From positions 55,418 to 119,417 of the forward strand of contig JAZKBF010000028.1 of NCBI GenBank assembly GCA_040388745.1: a stretch of 64,000 bases of DNA. Reading direction: 5' to 3'. Each line of letters opens with the position of its first letter. Positions within the stretch are counted from its first letter, which is position 1. The translations under genes were made by a program, and so were the position numbers. Under the pieces are notes generated by a model. It saw only the letters and a program-made list of their open reading frames with translations, made no database searches and had not been told where the DNA came from. This document shows positions 28,067 to 37,904 of the stretch, piece after piece. The DNA comes from Bacteroidota bacterium. Lineage in GTDB: Bacteria; Bacteroidota; Bacteroidia; 2-12-FULL-35-15.

Positions 28067-29098
28067 CTACATAAACCGATTATCAATATCGATCTCCTTA
28101 AAAGTTTTCTTTCCTCTTAAATAGTAATCAGCAATAATACTGTGTCTATACACAGCTGTGGTAGTATGTTGTTTTATTTGTTCCTTCAATAGGTTTCGCT
28201 TTTTTAATGTTTTACCAAACGATGCGTAAAAACTAAAATGAGCTTTTATTACTGCGGTAAAGCTGCTGAACTGTCCTGAAAACAGAAACTTCGAGCCGGC
28301 AATGCCATCCAGTAAAAAGCGGATGAATAATTTCAAATAGAAATATTCAGGTGGATGATTTTTAGAAAGCAGCATTAAATTATTACGAAAATTTAAAAAT
28401 GTTTTATAAGGATTCGTTTTATTTAATGTTCCTCCGCCAACGTGGTACACAGTTGATTCAGCACAATACATAACTTTGTAACCATAATTTTTCAAGCGCC
28501 AGCACAGATCAATTTCTTCCATGTGCGCAAAAAAATCTTCATCAAAACCTTCAATTTTGTGGTAATATTCGGCCCTTACAAATAAACAGGCTCCTGTGGC
28601 CCAGAATATTTCCCGGGTATCATTATACTGCCCTTTATCTTCTTCAATAGTTGAAAAGATCCGGCCACGACAAAAGGGGTAAGCATATTTGTCAATAAAA
28701 CCGCCCGCTGCACCGGCATATTCAAAATGTGTTTTTTTGTTATAGTCTTTTATCTTCGGCTGACATGCGGCAATGGATGTATCGTTATCCATCAGTTTAA
28801 TTATTGGTTCTATCCAATTAGAGGAAACTTCCACATCAGAGTTAAGTAATACATAATATTCTGCACTAACGAGTTTTAATGCATCGTTATAACCTTTGGC
28901 AAATCCTCCATTAATAGTGTTTTTAATGATCTTTACCTGGGGATAGTTTGTTGTGAGAAAGGATACTGAATCATCGGTTGACGCATTGTCAGCAACTATT
29001 ATTTGGGTGTCTGAAGCATTGTTTGCAATTACTGATGGTAAAAATTTTTCGAGAAAATTTTTACCATTCCAATTTAAGATAACTACTGCAACCTTCAT
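28067..29098 (-). CDS. family 2 glycosyltransferase
   Basis: N-terminal VVILNWNGKNFLEKFLPSV...ADNASTDDS (GT2 DxD region), 343 aa. Confidence 0.8.
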   Translation of the reverse strand: MKVAVVILNWNGKNFLEKFLPSVIANNASDTQIIVADNASTDDSVSFLTTNYPQVKIIKNTINGGFAKGYNDALKLVSAEYYVLLNSDVEVSSNWIEPIIKLMDNDTSIAACQPKIKDYNKKTHFEYAGAAGGFIDKYAYPFCRGRIFSTIEEDKGQYNDTREIFWATGACLFVRAEYYHKIEGFDEDFFAHMEEIDLCWRLKNYGYKVMYCAESTVYHVGGGTLNKTNPYKTFLNFRNNLMLLSKNHPPEYFYLKLFIRFLLDGIAGSKFLFSGQFSSFTAVIKAHFSFYASFGKTLKKRNLLKEQIKQHTTTAVYRHSIIADYYLRGKKTFKEIDIDNRFM

Positions 29099-29138
29099 AA
29101 AACAAATGTAATGGAAATAGTATTAAGTAAACAAACTG

Positions 29139-29486
29139 CTATTGTTTTGGTTTTAAAAATTCACCGTCTATGATCAATAATTTTACGCTATTTCTTGAAA
29201 TAGAACGATGTGAGCTTAGATCATCAGAAACAACATAGGTCATTCCTTTTGTAAGTGTAACCTTCTCTCCGTTTTTAAGTTCACTTATAAAACTACCTTC
29301 TAAACAATGAACAATATGTCCTTTTTGGCACCAGTGGTCAGCTAAATAATTTTCGGAATACTCCACCACACGAATTCTTAGTCCATCCATTTGTATGGTT
29401 TGCCAATACGATGTTCCTGTTTCACCCTTATGTTCGGTTTTTTCTACTTTGTCCCAGGCTATTGTTTGAAATGGTATAGTATACAT
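29139..29486 (-). CDS. cupin-domain protein
   Basis: 115 aa with a small beta-barrel pattern and His residues (HWCQKGHIVHCLEG) consistent with a cupin metal site. Confidence 0.55.
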   Translation of the reverse strand: MYTIPFQTIAWDKVEKTEHKGETGTSYWQTIQMDGLRIRVVEYSENYLADHWCQKGHIVHCLEGSFISELKNGEKVTLTKGMTYVVSDDLSSHRSISRNSVKLLIIDGEFLKPKQ

Positions 29487-29572
29487 TAGACTTTATATAT
29501 TTAATTTATTAAAATACCTGCCCGACTGAATAACATCAGTCGTTCGGGCGGGATTTAATGCCTGTTTGGAGC

Positions 29573-29612
29573 GTCATTGCGAGACTTTTCAGCCGCAGCA
29601 ATCTCAAACAAC
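29573..29612. repeat. half-copy of the GTCATTGCGA nested palindrome
   Basis: gtcattgcgagacttttcagccgcagcaatctcaaacaac matches the left arm and inner stem of 4231-4331. Confidence 0.45.
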
Positions 29613-29631
29613 TATCAAATAATATCAAAAA

Positions 29632-31131
29632 CTACCTCGGACTACGAAAATTTTCATCTGCATTTCCGCCAAAATGGTTAGGGGCTTTTTCATTATCCAG
29701 ATTAGTGGATGGAGTATCACGCTTATGAATTAGAAGTTCCCATCGGGTATTATTTATTTCACCTTGTGCAGTGGAATGTATCAATGAATATTTATTGGTA
29801 ACCAGATCGGGGTTATAGAATACAAATTTTTTATTTGATTGTTTGTTTCCGGGGTAAGTCAATGAAAGAGATTTATCATATAAGCTATAATACTCCCATA
29901 TTTCGTAGGGGTAGGCGCTCGGCTCCACATCCATTTTGGTTCGTTGGTCCGGACGTCCATATTGCAAATATACCCGGCCTCGGTCTGTGTCATACCCTTT
30001 TAGGCTGTATGTTCCAAACTCTTTATTTACTTTCATTACTTCCTTATAATATTCTAACCACATTAACTGAGGTTCCAATTCATTACGTGATTTCCAAAAA
30101 TTATAAAAGAACTTTTGCATCAACTCTAAATTTTTGCCTTTTACTTGATTTGCTGCATATTGGATTTCTGAATTACTTGATATTGGCCGTAACGATCTTA
30201 TATAATCTGATAGTGTATCTACACTGGTATAGCTTGTAACAAAGGTATTGGTTACATTAACTGATTTTAGATCTTCAATACTTAATTGTCCTTGTGAGTT
30301 TTTTCGTTGAATGAAATAGCTGCGTTCTGCCTGTATTTTGTTTTCTTTATCTCTTAACTCAACTATCAAATTATAATTACCCGATGGTAGTTTTTCAATA
30401 TTGAACTCAGCAAGTAATATATTCACATCATTGGCTGTTTGTTTCGAAAACGCACTATAATCATTGAGTTTTACTTTTTTTTCGGAGGATTCTAAAAAAT
30501 AATTCAAAACTATTTTTTCACCCTCTCCAATTATTTTTTTTGCATTATATATTTCCGCATAGAATCTGAGTTTATCTATATTTTCAGGGTAAAACGTTGA
30601 AACATAGGGCACAAGGTCATAACCGCTTTTTGTTAAAATACTTGGAGTAGAAGATTTTACGTACGATTCCAATGTTTGAATATCAGAGATAGCAACTTTA
30701 GTTTCCTGAAAATCAATAGTAATTGGCATTGTAGTAACAAATGGTTTATCCAAAACCTTGTTTTTATCCGCTATTGAAATATCCATGTTGTAAGTTCCAT
30801 TTGCTAAGGTAAAACGCTGCTGGTCAATGAAATTTGGATATGCTTTAGTGGTATCATCTGTTTCCGGACTGTTTAAGGTATATTTTTGTGCATTTTTGAT
30901 TTCGCCATTTTGACTGAAGCTAATGGTGATATCAACCGCTCCCTGGTATTTTCCGGTAGCGTTTTTAACAAACGTTACCGAATTACCGATCACCGACAAG
31001 TACGTTTCGATATAGGGGCCCTTAGCTGGCACATTAAAGGTAGCATACGTTAAATATGCGGTAACATTGTTTGCATTGGTAGCAAATGTCGCCAATAACA
31101 CAAAACATACTAAAATAAGGCGTTTTTTCAT
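29632..31131 (-). CDS. secreted hypothetical protein with a GWxTD-like domain
   Basis: It has a signal peptide, and its C-terminal region KGYDTDRGRVYLQYGRPD resembles the GWxTD-domain signature. Confidence 0.5.
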   Translation of the reverse strand: MKKRLILVCFVLLATFATNANNVTAYLTYATFNVPAKGPYIETYLSVIGNSVTFVKNATGKYQGAVDITISFSQNGEIKNAQKYTLNSPETDDTTKAYPNFIDQQRFTLANGTYNMDISIADKNKVLDKPFVTTMPITIDFQETKVAISDIQTLESYVKSSTPSILTKSGYDLVPYVSTFYPENIDKLRFYAEIYNAKKIIGEGEKIVLNYFLESSEKKVKLNDYSAFSKQTANDVNILLAEFNIEKLPSGNYNLIVELRDKENKIQAERSYFIQRKNSQGQLSIEDLKSVNVTNTFVTSYTSVDTLSDYIRSLRPISSNSEIQYAANQVKGKNLELMQKFFYNFWKSRNELEPQLMWLEYYKEVMKVNKEFGTYSLKGYDTDRGRVYLQYGRPDQRTKMDVEPSAYPYEIWEYYSLYDKSLSLTYPGNKQSNKKFVFYNPDLVTNKYSLIHSTAQGEINNTRWELLIHKRDTPSTNLDNEKAPNHFGGNADENFRSPR

Positions 31132-31249
31132 TTAAAATTATTTTTTGAAGCGTTTCTTTGAAACAACTGAATATCTACAAAGTTAAGCAATAAATATTTT
31201 TTTTCCTTTTTATATCTATTAAATCAAAAAAATACTACTTTTGTCGTCT

Positions 31250-31334
31250 GGAGAAATGGCAGAGTGGTCTATTGCGGCAGTCTTGAAAACTGTTGAGGGT
31301 TATACCTCCTGGGGTTCGAATCCCTATTTCTCCG
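31250..31334 (+). tRNA. tRNA-Ser (anticodon UGA)
   Basis: Manual fold: acceptor GGAGAAA/TTTCTCC plus discriminator G, a 3-bp D stem (GCA/TGC), anticodon stem GCAGT/ACTGT with loop CTTGAAA (anticodon TGA), a long variable arm GAGGGTTATACCTCC, and T arm TGGGG-TTCGAAT-CCCTA. No CCA is encoded. Confidence 0.85.
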
Positions 31335-31351
31335 CTGAAAAATGCAAAAAA

Positions 31352-31390
31352 AGTCCCGATATCATTGAGATATCGGGACTTTTTTTGTTT
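31352..31390 (+). terminator. rho-independent terminator after the tRNA
   Basis: agtcccgatatc-attga-gatatcgggact followed by TTTTTTT. Confidence 0.6.
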
Positions 31391-31502
31391 TCAGAAAAGG
31401 CGTTTTGGTGGGAGGAGGGGCAGCTAATTTTTTATTTATTTCTCCCTTCATCCAATTTTGGTGTTTCTCTCATTAGCTCATACTAGTAATTACGATTCAT
31501 AA

Positions 31503-32570
31503 TTACCTGCTAATTACTATTTTTTCATAAGCCTTAAATCGAAAATCACTTCCCTCTACTTCAATAAAATACATTCCGTTTGGAAGTTCTGTAATTAACC
31601 TGATATTAGTAACCTGGGCATTTACAGATTCAGAATGTACTACTTGCCCTAAAGAATTGTAAAGCCTGATAAAACGAATGCTTCTATTAGTTCCAAAAGA
31701 AATAGTTATTTCATCTTTTGCCGGATTTGGAAAAACGAAAATGGAATTAGCAAAGGATACCTCCATTATAGAGGCAATTTTATCAGGATTGAACAATTGT
31801 GCTTGGTAAATCTCTTTTGTTGTATTATTTTGAACAAATACGACTACCCGAAGCTCCTCAATGTTCTTTATTTTATTAAGTGTCCAGTTGATGAGAGTTG
31901 AATCAGAACCATTAATGGCAGTATTTACTAAAACCATTCCATCTGCATCAGGAAGCATTTTGCGCATTACGTATTCGTACGAAGTTTCGCTGTTGCTTCC
32001 CGGGGAAGCTGAATAAGAGCTTTTCAAAACATTTTTTTCAATAACTACGATGTGCGCTACTAAATTTTCTCCCGAATTAGAAGCATCTGCTGATGTAAAC
32101 TTAAACGAACCGCTTAACTGGTTTCCATTTAATATAAAATTTGTTGATTGAATAATATACTTTGGCGCAACAGCAGCGCGATTGCCAACAATTGAAGAAA
32201 TGGCCGAGGTAAAAACGGTTGACGGACCATCATATACATTCCCATCCATTATAGAATAGGGAACACCACTTACTGCATAATAACCTACTCTTTGGTCAGA
32301 TTCAGTTGTATTGTCCCAATACATTGAATCATTGGAATAGGGAAACGAAGTATGGTAAGCAACTGCACAGCAAATGGTTGAGTTGTTGTTTACATGATCA
32401 TATATAAGAGGGCTATAGCTTGCACAGGGCGGACAACTCGAATTTGTGAATTGTTCTATCAAAACCACCCGCTGTTGAGCAAAGCCGATAATATTGACAA
32501 AAAATAATAGAAGAAAGGGGGAAATATATTTTTTCATTTTTTTTAATTTTAACCACCCATGGATAAACAA
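31503..32570 (-). CDS. T9SS C-terminal-domain (Por_Secre_tail) secreted protein
   Basis: It has a signal peptide, and the last ~80 aa (..VTNIRLITELPNGMYFIEVEGSDFRFKAYEKIVISR) have the T9SS type A sorting-domain pattern. Confidence 0.65.
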   Translation of the reverse strand: MFIHGWLKLKKMKKYISPFLLLFFVNIIGFAQQRVVLIEQFTNSSCPPCASYSPLIYDHVNNNSTICCAVAYHTSFPYSNDSMYWDNTTESDQRVGYYAVSGVPYSIMDGNVYDGPSTVFTSAISSIVGNRAAVAPKYIIQSTNFILNGNQLSGSFKFTSADASNSGENLVAHIVVIEKNVLKSSYSASPGSNSETSYEYVMRKMLPDADGMVLVNTAINGSDSTLINWTLNKIKNIEELRVVVFVQNNTTKEIYQAQLFNPDKIASIMEVSFANSIFVFPNPAKDEITISFGTNRSIRFIRLYNSLGQVVHSESVNAQVTNIRLITELPNGMYFIEVEGSDFRFKAYEKIVISR

Positions 32571-32904
32571 AATAAATAAACGCAGATAACACCGATAATT
32601 ATTGCGGACAAAAATTTAAAAACTTATTTTATCATAAAAATATGATAAAAACAGATAAAATCATATTTAATCCTAATCAATCTGCGTCATCTGCGTTCTA
32701 TTCAATTACAGAATTTAGTAAAATTAAAACATTATCCTCCAATTTACGTTACTCTCCCGGGGATTATTTTTTGATGTGATATTTATACAAAATAAAGATA
32801 ACTTTGAGACCCTTGATCGGCATAATTCCGATAAAAAAATAAAAAAACAATTACCCTGTATCTTTTTAAAACTTTAGCGTTATATACATGAGTTTGAAAC
32901 ATTT

Positions 32905-33480
32905 TTGCAATTTATGATTGAAACCTCGAAATATCATTTAACAAAAACCGACCTGGCCAATGAACAGGGTTTGATCGATGCTGCGAAAAAAAATCCGAAA
33001 GATTTCGCTGTTCTTTACGAGGCTTATTACGAACAGATATTCAGGTATATCTATCAACGTTTAGACAATAAAGAACATGCTTTTGATGCCACTCAGCAAG
33101 TGTTTTTAAAAGCGATGGATAATTTACATAAATATGAATACAGGGGTGTACCTTTTGCATCATGGTTATACCGAATTGCTTTTAGTGAGTTAAATAATTT
33201 GTTTCGTCAGCAAAAGGCCCAACGTACTGTAAATATTGATTCTGTTAGTGTTTATACTATTATCGGAGAAATTGAGGAAAGCAAGATCGATCAGTATCAT
33301 GATAAAATAGTTTCAATTATCTCAGAACAATTAGAGGAAGACCAGTTACAATTAATAGAGATGCGCTTTTTTGAAAAACGTTCGTTCAAAGAAATAGCTG
33401 AAATACTTGATATTACAGAAAACAATGCAAAAGTGAAAACATACAGGGTTTTGGACATTTTGAAAAAGAGTTTAAAGTAA
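32905..33480 (+). CDS. ECF-subfamily RNA polymerase sigma-70 factor
   Basis: Region 2 (YEAYYEQIFRYIYQRL, FASWLYRIAFSE) and region 4 HTH (SFKEIAEILDITENNAKVKTYRVLDILK). Confidence 0.8.
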   Translation: MQFMIETSKYHLTKTDLANEQGLIDAAKKNPKDFAVLYEAYYEQIFRYIYQRLDNKEHAFDATQQVFLKAMDNLHKYEYRGVPFASWLYRIAFSELNNLFRQQKAQRTVNIDSVSVYTIIGEIEESKIDQYHDKIVSIISEQLEEDQLQLIEMRFFEKRSFKEIAEILDITENNAKVKTYRVLDILKKSLK

Positions 33481-33590
33481 AAACGTCTTTCTGTCTCTGT
33501 TGTGGAAATAATGAAAAATTCGAAAAATAAAATATAAACTAAACTACCTAAAAGCCTTATTTTTTCAAGAGACTTGATGGTTCAAATAAA

Positions 33591-35309
33591 ATGAAAAGAA
33601 AAACAAACATCAATCGCCCTGAAATGAAGTCAGAAGAGATTTCGAAGGGTAAAAATTTTGATTCGATTTTAAAAAAGCAAGTAACAGTAACGAAACCTTT
33701 ATTCAAAAAAACTTGGTTTTTATCAAGTGTGGTTATTGCTACTGTTGCTGTTATCACTGCAATTTCGTTATTAACCAAGAACCCGGAAAACGATAATGCG
33801 GCAACAAAACCTGCCACCACTATAAATGCTGACAATGCTGTATTAACAGAATTTTATAAAAAGGAAGAAGCCAAACCTACTATTAATCCACCATTGGAAG
33901 GTGTGAATGTCCCTTATAAAATTTATAAAGTAATTGCAGAAAAAGGTGCAACACTTGACTTTAAAACAGGATCAAAAATAGTGATCCCCAAAAATACTTT
34001 TGTTGATGAAAACGGAAAGCTCCTGAAAGGTGAAGTGGAATTGCGTTACCGCGAATTTCATGACGCAGTTGATTTTTTTGTTGCCGGAATTCCGATGACC
34101 TATGATAGTGCAGGACAGCGTTATCACTTTGAATCAGCCGGAATGATGGAAATGCTGGCTTATCAAAATGATAAACCGGTAAATGTTGCACCCGAAAAAT
34201 CAATCAATATAGAACTTGCATCCAATTATAAAGGCACCGAATATAATTTATATAAGCTGGATACGGTTAGAAATAATTGGTCGTGTTTAGGAAAGGATAA
34301 AGTTGTTGCAAAGGCAGAAAAGCCTGGATCAGTGGCTTCTTTAGGCAAACAGTTGGATCAGATCGAAGAAACATCAGAATACAAAACAATTGAAACTAAA
34401 AAAGTAGTTGTACAAAAAGAGAAAGAAGTAAAAATTGCATCGTTACCAAAATTAAATCCTGAACCTAAAAAACCGGAAGAGGCTAAAAAAGACAAATACA
34501 CTTTTAATATTGACGTGAACCCGAAAGAATACCCCGAACTAGCTGTTTATAAAGGTGTTCTATTTGAAGTGGGCAATGAAAATAAAAATTTTACAAGTTC
34601 AATGTATGATGAAACTTGGGAAGAAGCAATAATTAAAGATGGAACTAAAAAAGGAGAAAATTATTTATTAACCTTAAAGAAAGATTCAAAGAAATACGAC
34701 ATAGTTGTTTACCCTGTATTTGAAGGCAAAAATTATGAAAAAGCAGTAAGTGATTTTCAAGGGAAATTCGCAAAATACAATGTAGCACTTGAAAAACGTA
34801 AAGTGGATGAAATAAAAATTGAAGAAGAATATCAGTCGAAATTACTAGCCTTGCAAAAACAACAGAAAGAATTGGAGCTGAAATGGAAAGAAGCAGAAGC
34901 CAATCAATTCAAATTAATGAGTACAGATGAAAAAGTGAAAAGAATGTTTGCGGTGAATAGTTTTGGGGTGTATAACTGCGATAAACCATCTTTATATCCA
35001 AAAGGTGTTTCGTGTTTTGCTAATTTGACAAATGAAAAGGATAGTAAGTTGATGTGTTATGATGTTTTTTTAGTTGACCGTGCAAAAAATGGATTATTCA
35101 GTTATACTAAAAATCCGATCACCCAATTTTCATTTGATCCAAAATCTACTAATTTATTGTGGACTGTCGATAACGGTGTCTTGTATTGGTTAAAACCAGA
35201 GCAATTCAGTGCTATTAAAAATTCGGAAGAAATGAGCAATTTGAAAATGAACAGAGCGGATCAAAAATTTAAAACTGCCGATGAAATAAAAGAGTTTTTT
35301 AATTTTTAA
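33591..35309 (+). CDS. hypothetical single-pass membrane protein downstream of the ECF sigma factor (possible non-FecR anti-sigma or sigma-regulated protein)
   Basis: 572 aa. A TM helix at about aa 42-62 follows a short basic N-terminus. A large extracytoplasmic domain contains a KE-rich coiled segment. Confidence 0.5.
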   Translation: MKRKTNINRPEMKSEEISKGKNFDSILKKQVTVTKPLFKKTWFLSSVVIATVAVITAISLLTKNPENDNAATKPATTINADNAVLTEFYKKEEAKPTINPPLEGVNVPYKIYKVIAEKGATLDFKTGSKIVIPKNTFVDENGKLLKGEVELRYREFHDAVDFFVAGIPMTYDSAGQRYHFESAGMMEMLAYQNDKPVNVAPEKSINIELASNYKGTEYNLYKLDTVRNNWSCLGKDKVVAKAEKPGSVASLGKQLDQIEETSEYKTIETKKVVVQKEKEVKIASLPKLNPEPKKPEEAKKDKYTFNIDVNPKEYPELAVYKGVLFEVGNENKNFTSSMYDETWEEAIIKDGTKKGENYLLTLKKDSKKYDIVVYPVFEGKNYEKAVSDFQGKFAKYNVALEKRKVDEIKIEEEYQSKLLALQKQQKELELKWKEAEANQFKLMSTDEKVKRMFAVNSFGVYNCDKPSLYPKGVSCFANLTNEKDSKLMCYDVFLVDRAKNGLFSYTKNPITQFSFDPKSTNLLWTVDNGVLYWLKPEQFSAIKNSEEMSNLKMNRADQKFKTADEIKEFFNF

Positions 35310-35410
35310 TGTATTCGACCGTTATCCCGTGCGGGATAAAAAGGCCATGGTTATGCTGAATTTATTTCAGCATCTAACGAGATCCTGAATAAAGTTCAGG
35401 ATGTCCACAG

Positions 35411-35584
35411 GATGTCATCCCGAGCGGAGCCGAGGGATCTTTTTATTGGTTGCATGAAACTTTTCGTGCGCTCAGTCATTTCGAGCCTGTCGAGAAACGT
35501 GCGCCAGCTTAAATGGGAAGTTCTAATAGTTCCAAAGCCCACGCGCGCTGTCATTTGGAGCGGAGTCGAGAAACATGCGTAAGC
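35411..35584. repeat. three tandem degenerate half-units of the GTCATTTCGAGC..GTCGAGAAA repeat family
   Basis: gtcatcccgagcggagccgagggatc, gtcatttcgagcctgtcgagaaacg and gtcatttggagcggagtcgagaaaca, spaced about 65-75 bp apart. Confidence 0.55.
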
Positions 35585-35681
35585 TTTCATTCTGCCATCG
35601 TTATAGTTTAAATAGAATTTTTAAAAAGATTCTCAGTACAAAAAATATTGAATTGTAAAATGAATAGGGCAGGGGCAGGTT

Positions 35682-36317
35682 ATGAAAAAATATAAATTCT
35701 TTTTGTTTTTTATTTTCATCACCAGCCTCGCTTTTTCTCAAAAAAAGGAAACAAAGAATCATGGCACAATTAAAATTTCTAAAGTAAAACCTGATTCAAT
35801 CTATATTAAAGCTGAAATGAACTTTCAGCAATTTCAGGAGGGAAACAAAACAAGCTCCAAACCAATTACAGTTCCTCTTAATAGAGTGATCGTCCCATTT
35901 CCAAAGGCCCCGGACAATACTATTCCGTTTGATTACAATCAATTCTGCGCTAAAAATATTAAAATCAAAAAGAGTGATTTAGGAGATAAAATTTCAGATA
36001 CCATTCGTATTCAAGTGAGAATTTTAGATAATGGGAAGGCATATTATAAGGATCTAACTCCTTTAATGGTTTTGAGTGGCGTTCCGGCTTATTATGATAA
36101 AAAGATGAACGCCTATAAATTAGATGCGATCCATTGGAAATGCCTGAGTGCCTTGAAAGAGATTGAACAATGGGCACCGGCATATACTGTGGTTGAGGTA
36201 AGAGAAAAATTTAAAAAAGTAATTGTAATAAAACCCAAAAAGAAAGTTCTTTCCGCTGTTGGAATTTTAACGCTTGTGTTTTCTACAATACCATTTGAGG
36301 AATTAAAACCTGAATAA
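35682..36317 (+). CDS. hypothetical secreted protein
   Basis: It has a signal peptide (FFLFFIFITSLAFSQ). No recognisable motifs. Confidence 0.45.
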   Translation: MKKYKFFLFFIFITSLAFSQKKETKNHGTIKISKVKPDSIYIKAEMNFQQFQEGNKTSSKPITVPLNRVIVPFPKAPDNTIPFDYNQFCAKNIKIKKSDLGDKISDTIRIQVRILDNGKAYYKDLTPLMVLSGVPAYYDKKMNAYKLDAIHWKCLSALKEIEQWAPAYTVVEVREKFKKVIVIKPKKKVLSAVGILTLVFSTIPFEELKPE

Positions 36318-36417
36318 AATTAACCCAATCGATAAAACTATTAATTGCCACCGCATAATAAATAAAATTGTAGAAGACTTTAATAGAAGTATTCAATGCC
36401 CTTCCAAAGATAATGCC

Positions 36418-36516
36418 GCGTTAGGGATTGTAACGTAAATCCTTTTCTGTTTAGAAAAGATTGAAGTGTAAAGCCCGCCACTTTCTCTTTTAAGAAAGTG
36501 GAACGCCCAAATGAAT
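36418..36516 (+). repeat. copy 2 of the conserved two-hairpin element (candidate structured RNA)
   Basis: Same conserved flanks as 1887-1996. The hairpins here are ttttct/agaaaa and ccactttct/agaaagtgg, which are compensatory changes relative to copy 1. Confidence 0.5.
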
Positions 36517-36574
36517 TTGATTTAGAACAATTGTATTATTAATTGACCTCAGGTCAATGAGGTGAGGATTAAAT

Positions 36575-37117
36575 TTACAACCCTATATTAACTCCAATTC
36601 TAATGATAGGATTTTGATAAGGAGTATAAGCCGATTCGGTAAAATTATACAATATCATCCCTACAATAGCCGAATTGCCACCAAAACGCTGGATATAGCC
36701 AACACCTCCGAGTATACTCACAACATCAACACGTCTCGAAGGGATAAAATCGAAAGCTTCAAGGTTTAGATATTCGTACTCACCATGACCAAATAAATAA
36801 TCTGTAAAAAGGTATCTGCCAAACAAGCGACCTCCATATACGTTCGTTTCCAGATCATAATACATATCCCTATAATGATAGTATTGATAGGTAACACCCA
36901 CTCCGGCCGAAAATTTATCAGTGATACGATATCCAACCAAAGGTGAAATTTCTACAAAAGTGGAAGTTCCAAACTGCAGTCCTAAATTTCCTCCGAAATA
37001 CACTTTATCCCAAATGTTTGTTTTAGGTGGATGTTTTCGGATCATTGAGCTATCCTGAGCCATACCATTGATAGAAAATAGTACAACCCACAAAAATATT
37101 TTTATTTTTAATTGCAA
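36575..37117 (-). CDS. outer-membrane beta-barrel (porin-family) protein
   Basis: It has a signal peptide and eight amphipathic beta strands with aromatic girdles. Confidence 0.5.
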   Translation of the reverse strand: MQLKIKIFLWVVLFSINGMAQDSSMIRKHPPKTNIWDKVYFGGNLGLQFGTSTFVEISPLVGYRITDKFSAGVGVTYQYYHYRDMYYDLETNVYGGRLFGRYLFTDYLFGHGEYEYLNLEAFDFIPSRRVDVVSILGGVGYIQRFGGNSAIVGMILYNFTESAYTPYQNPIIRIGVNIGL

Positions 37118-37188
37118 TGGAATAGGTATTAGTTATCGTAAAATTAACAAAAAATGTGTTCCTTTGAAAAAAACAAAACGGATAAATT

Positions 37189-37899
37189 ATGAATATTATT
37201 GTAACAGGTGCAAGTCGCGGAATTGGATATGAATTAGTTAAACTATTAAGCACTGATTCAAAAAATACCGTGATCGCTATATCCCGCAATGGTTCTAAAT
37301 TAGATCAATTAAAGGATGAGTGTTTGTCGCAAAATTCTTCCGCAAATGTGATGCCAATTGTTTGTGATCTTAGCGATAAAAATGCTATTGAAGGGTTGGT
37401 TTCTGAATTAACAAAAAAAATAAGATCAGTTAATATATTGATCAATAATGCCGGAGCCTTGGTTAACAAGCCATTCGACACTATTTCAACTGCTGATTTA
37501 GAATATATATATAATGTAAATGTATTTTCTGTTGTAAGATTAATTCAAGGCATATTTCCTCTTTTGGATTTAAAACACAGATCGCATATTGTTAACATCA
37601 GCAGTATGGGCGGATTTCAGGGTAGCGCAAAATTTGCTGGTTTATCCGCTTATAGTTCCAGTAAAGCAGCCTTGGCATGCTTAACCGAATGCCTCGCTGA
37701 AGAATTTAGAGAGAAAAACATTGCTTTCAACTGTCTTGCATTAGGCGCAACACAAACCGAAATGTTGAACGAAGCTTTCCCCGGTTATAAAGCGCCACTT
37801 ACAGCGGATAAAATGGCTGCCTTTATTGCTGATTTCTCACTGAATGCGCATCAGTTTATGAATGGTAAAATTATTCCTGTATCGCTGAGTACACCGTAA
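37189..37899 (+). CDS. SDR-family oxidoreductase
   Basis: TGASRGIGYEL, NNAG, and the YSSSK (YxxxK) catalytic motif. Confidence 0.8.
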   Translation: MNIIVTGASRGIGYELVKLLSTDSKNTVIAISRNGSKLDQLKDECLSQNSSANVMPIVCDLSDKNAIEGLVSELTKKIRSVNILINNAGALVNKPFDTISTADLEYIYNVNVFSVVRLIQGIFPLLDLKHRSHIVNISSMGGFQGSAKFAGLSAYSSSKAALACLTECLAEEFREKNIAFNCLALGATQTEMLNEAFPGYKAPLTADKMAAFIADFSLNAHQFMNGKIIPVSLSTP

Positions 37900-37904
37900 A
37901 ATAA

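Noticed and set aside
31241-31486. 81-aa + ORF
   Set aside because: It reads straight through the tRNA-Ser gene and its terminator.
35411-35584. Possible CRISPR array (direct repeats of ~25 nt with ~40-nt spacers)
   Set aside because: The repeats are degenerate (about 70% identical) and belong to the dispersed GTCATTTCGAGC palindrome family seen at two other loci. There are only three units, and there is no leader or cas genes.
37050-37289. 79-aa minus-strand ORF spanning the porin start and SDR start
   Set aside because: It overlaps two confidently oriented genes and their shared intergenic region, and it has no motifs.
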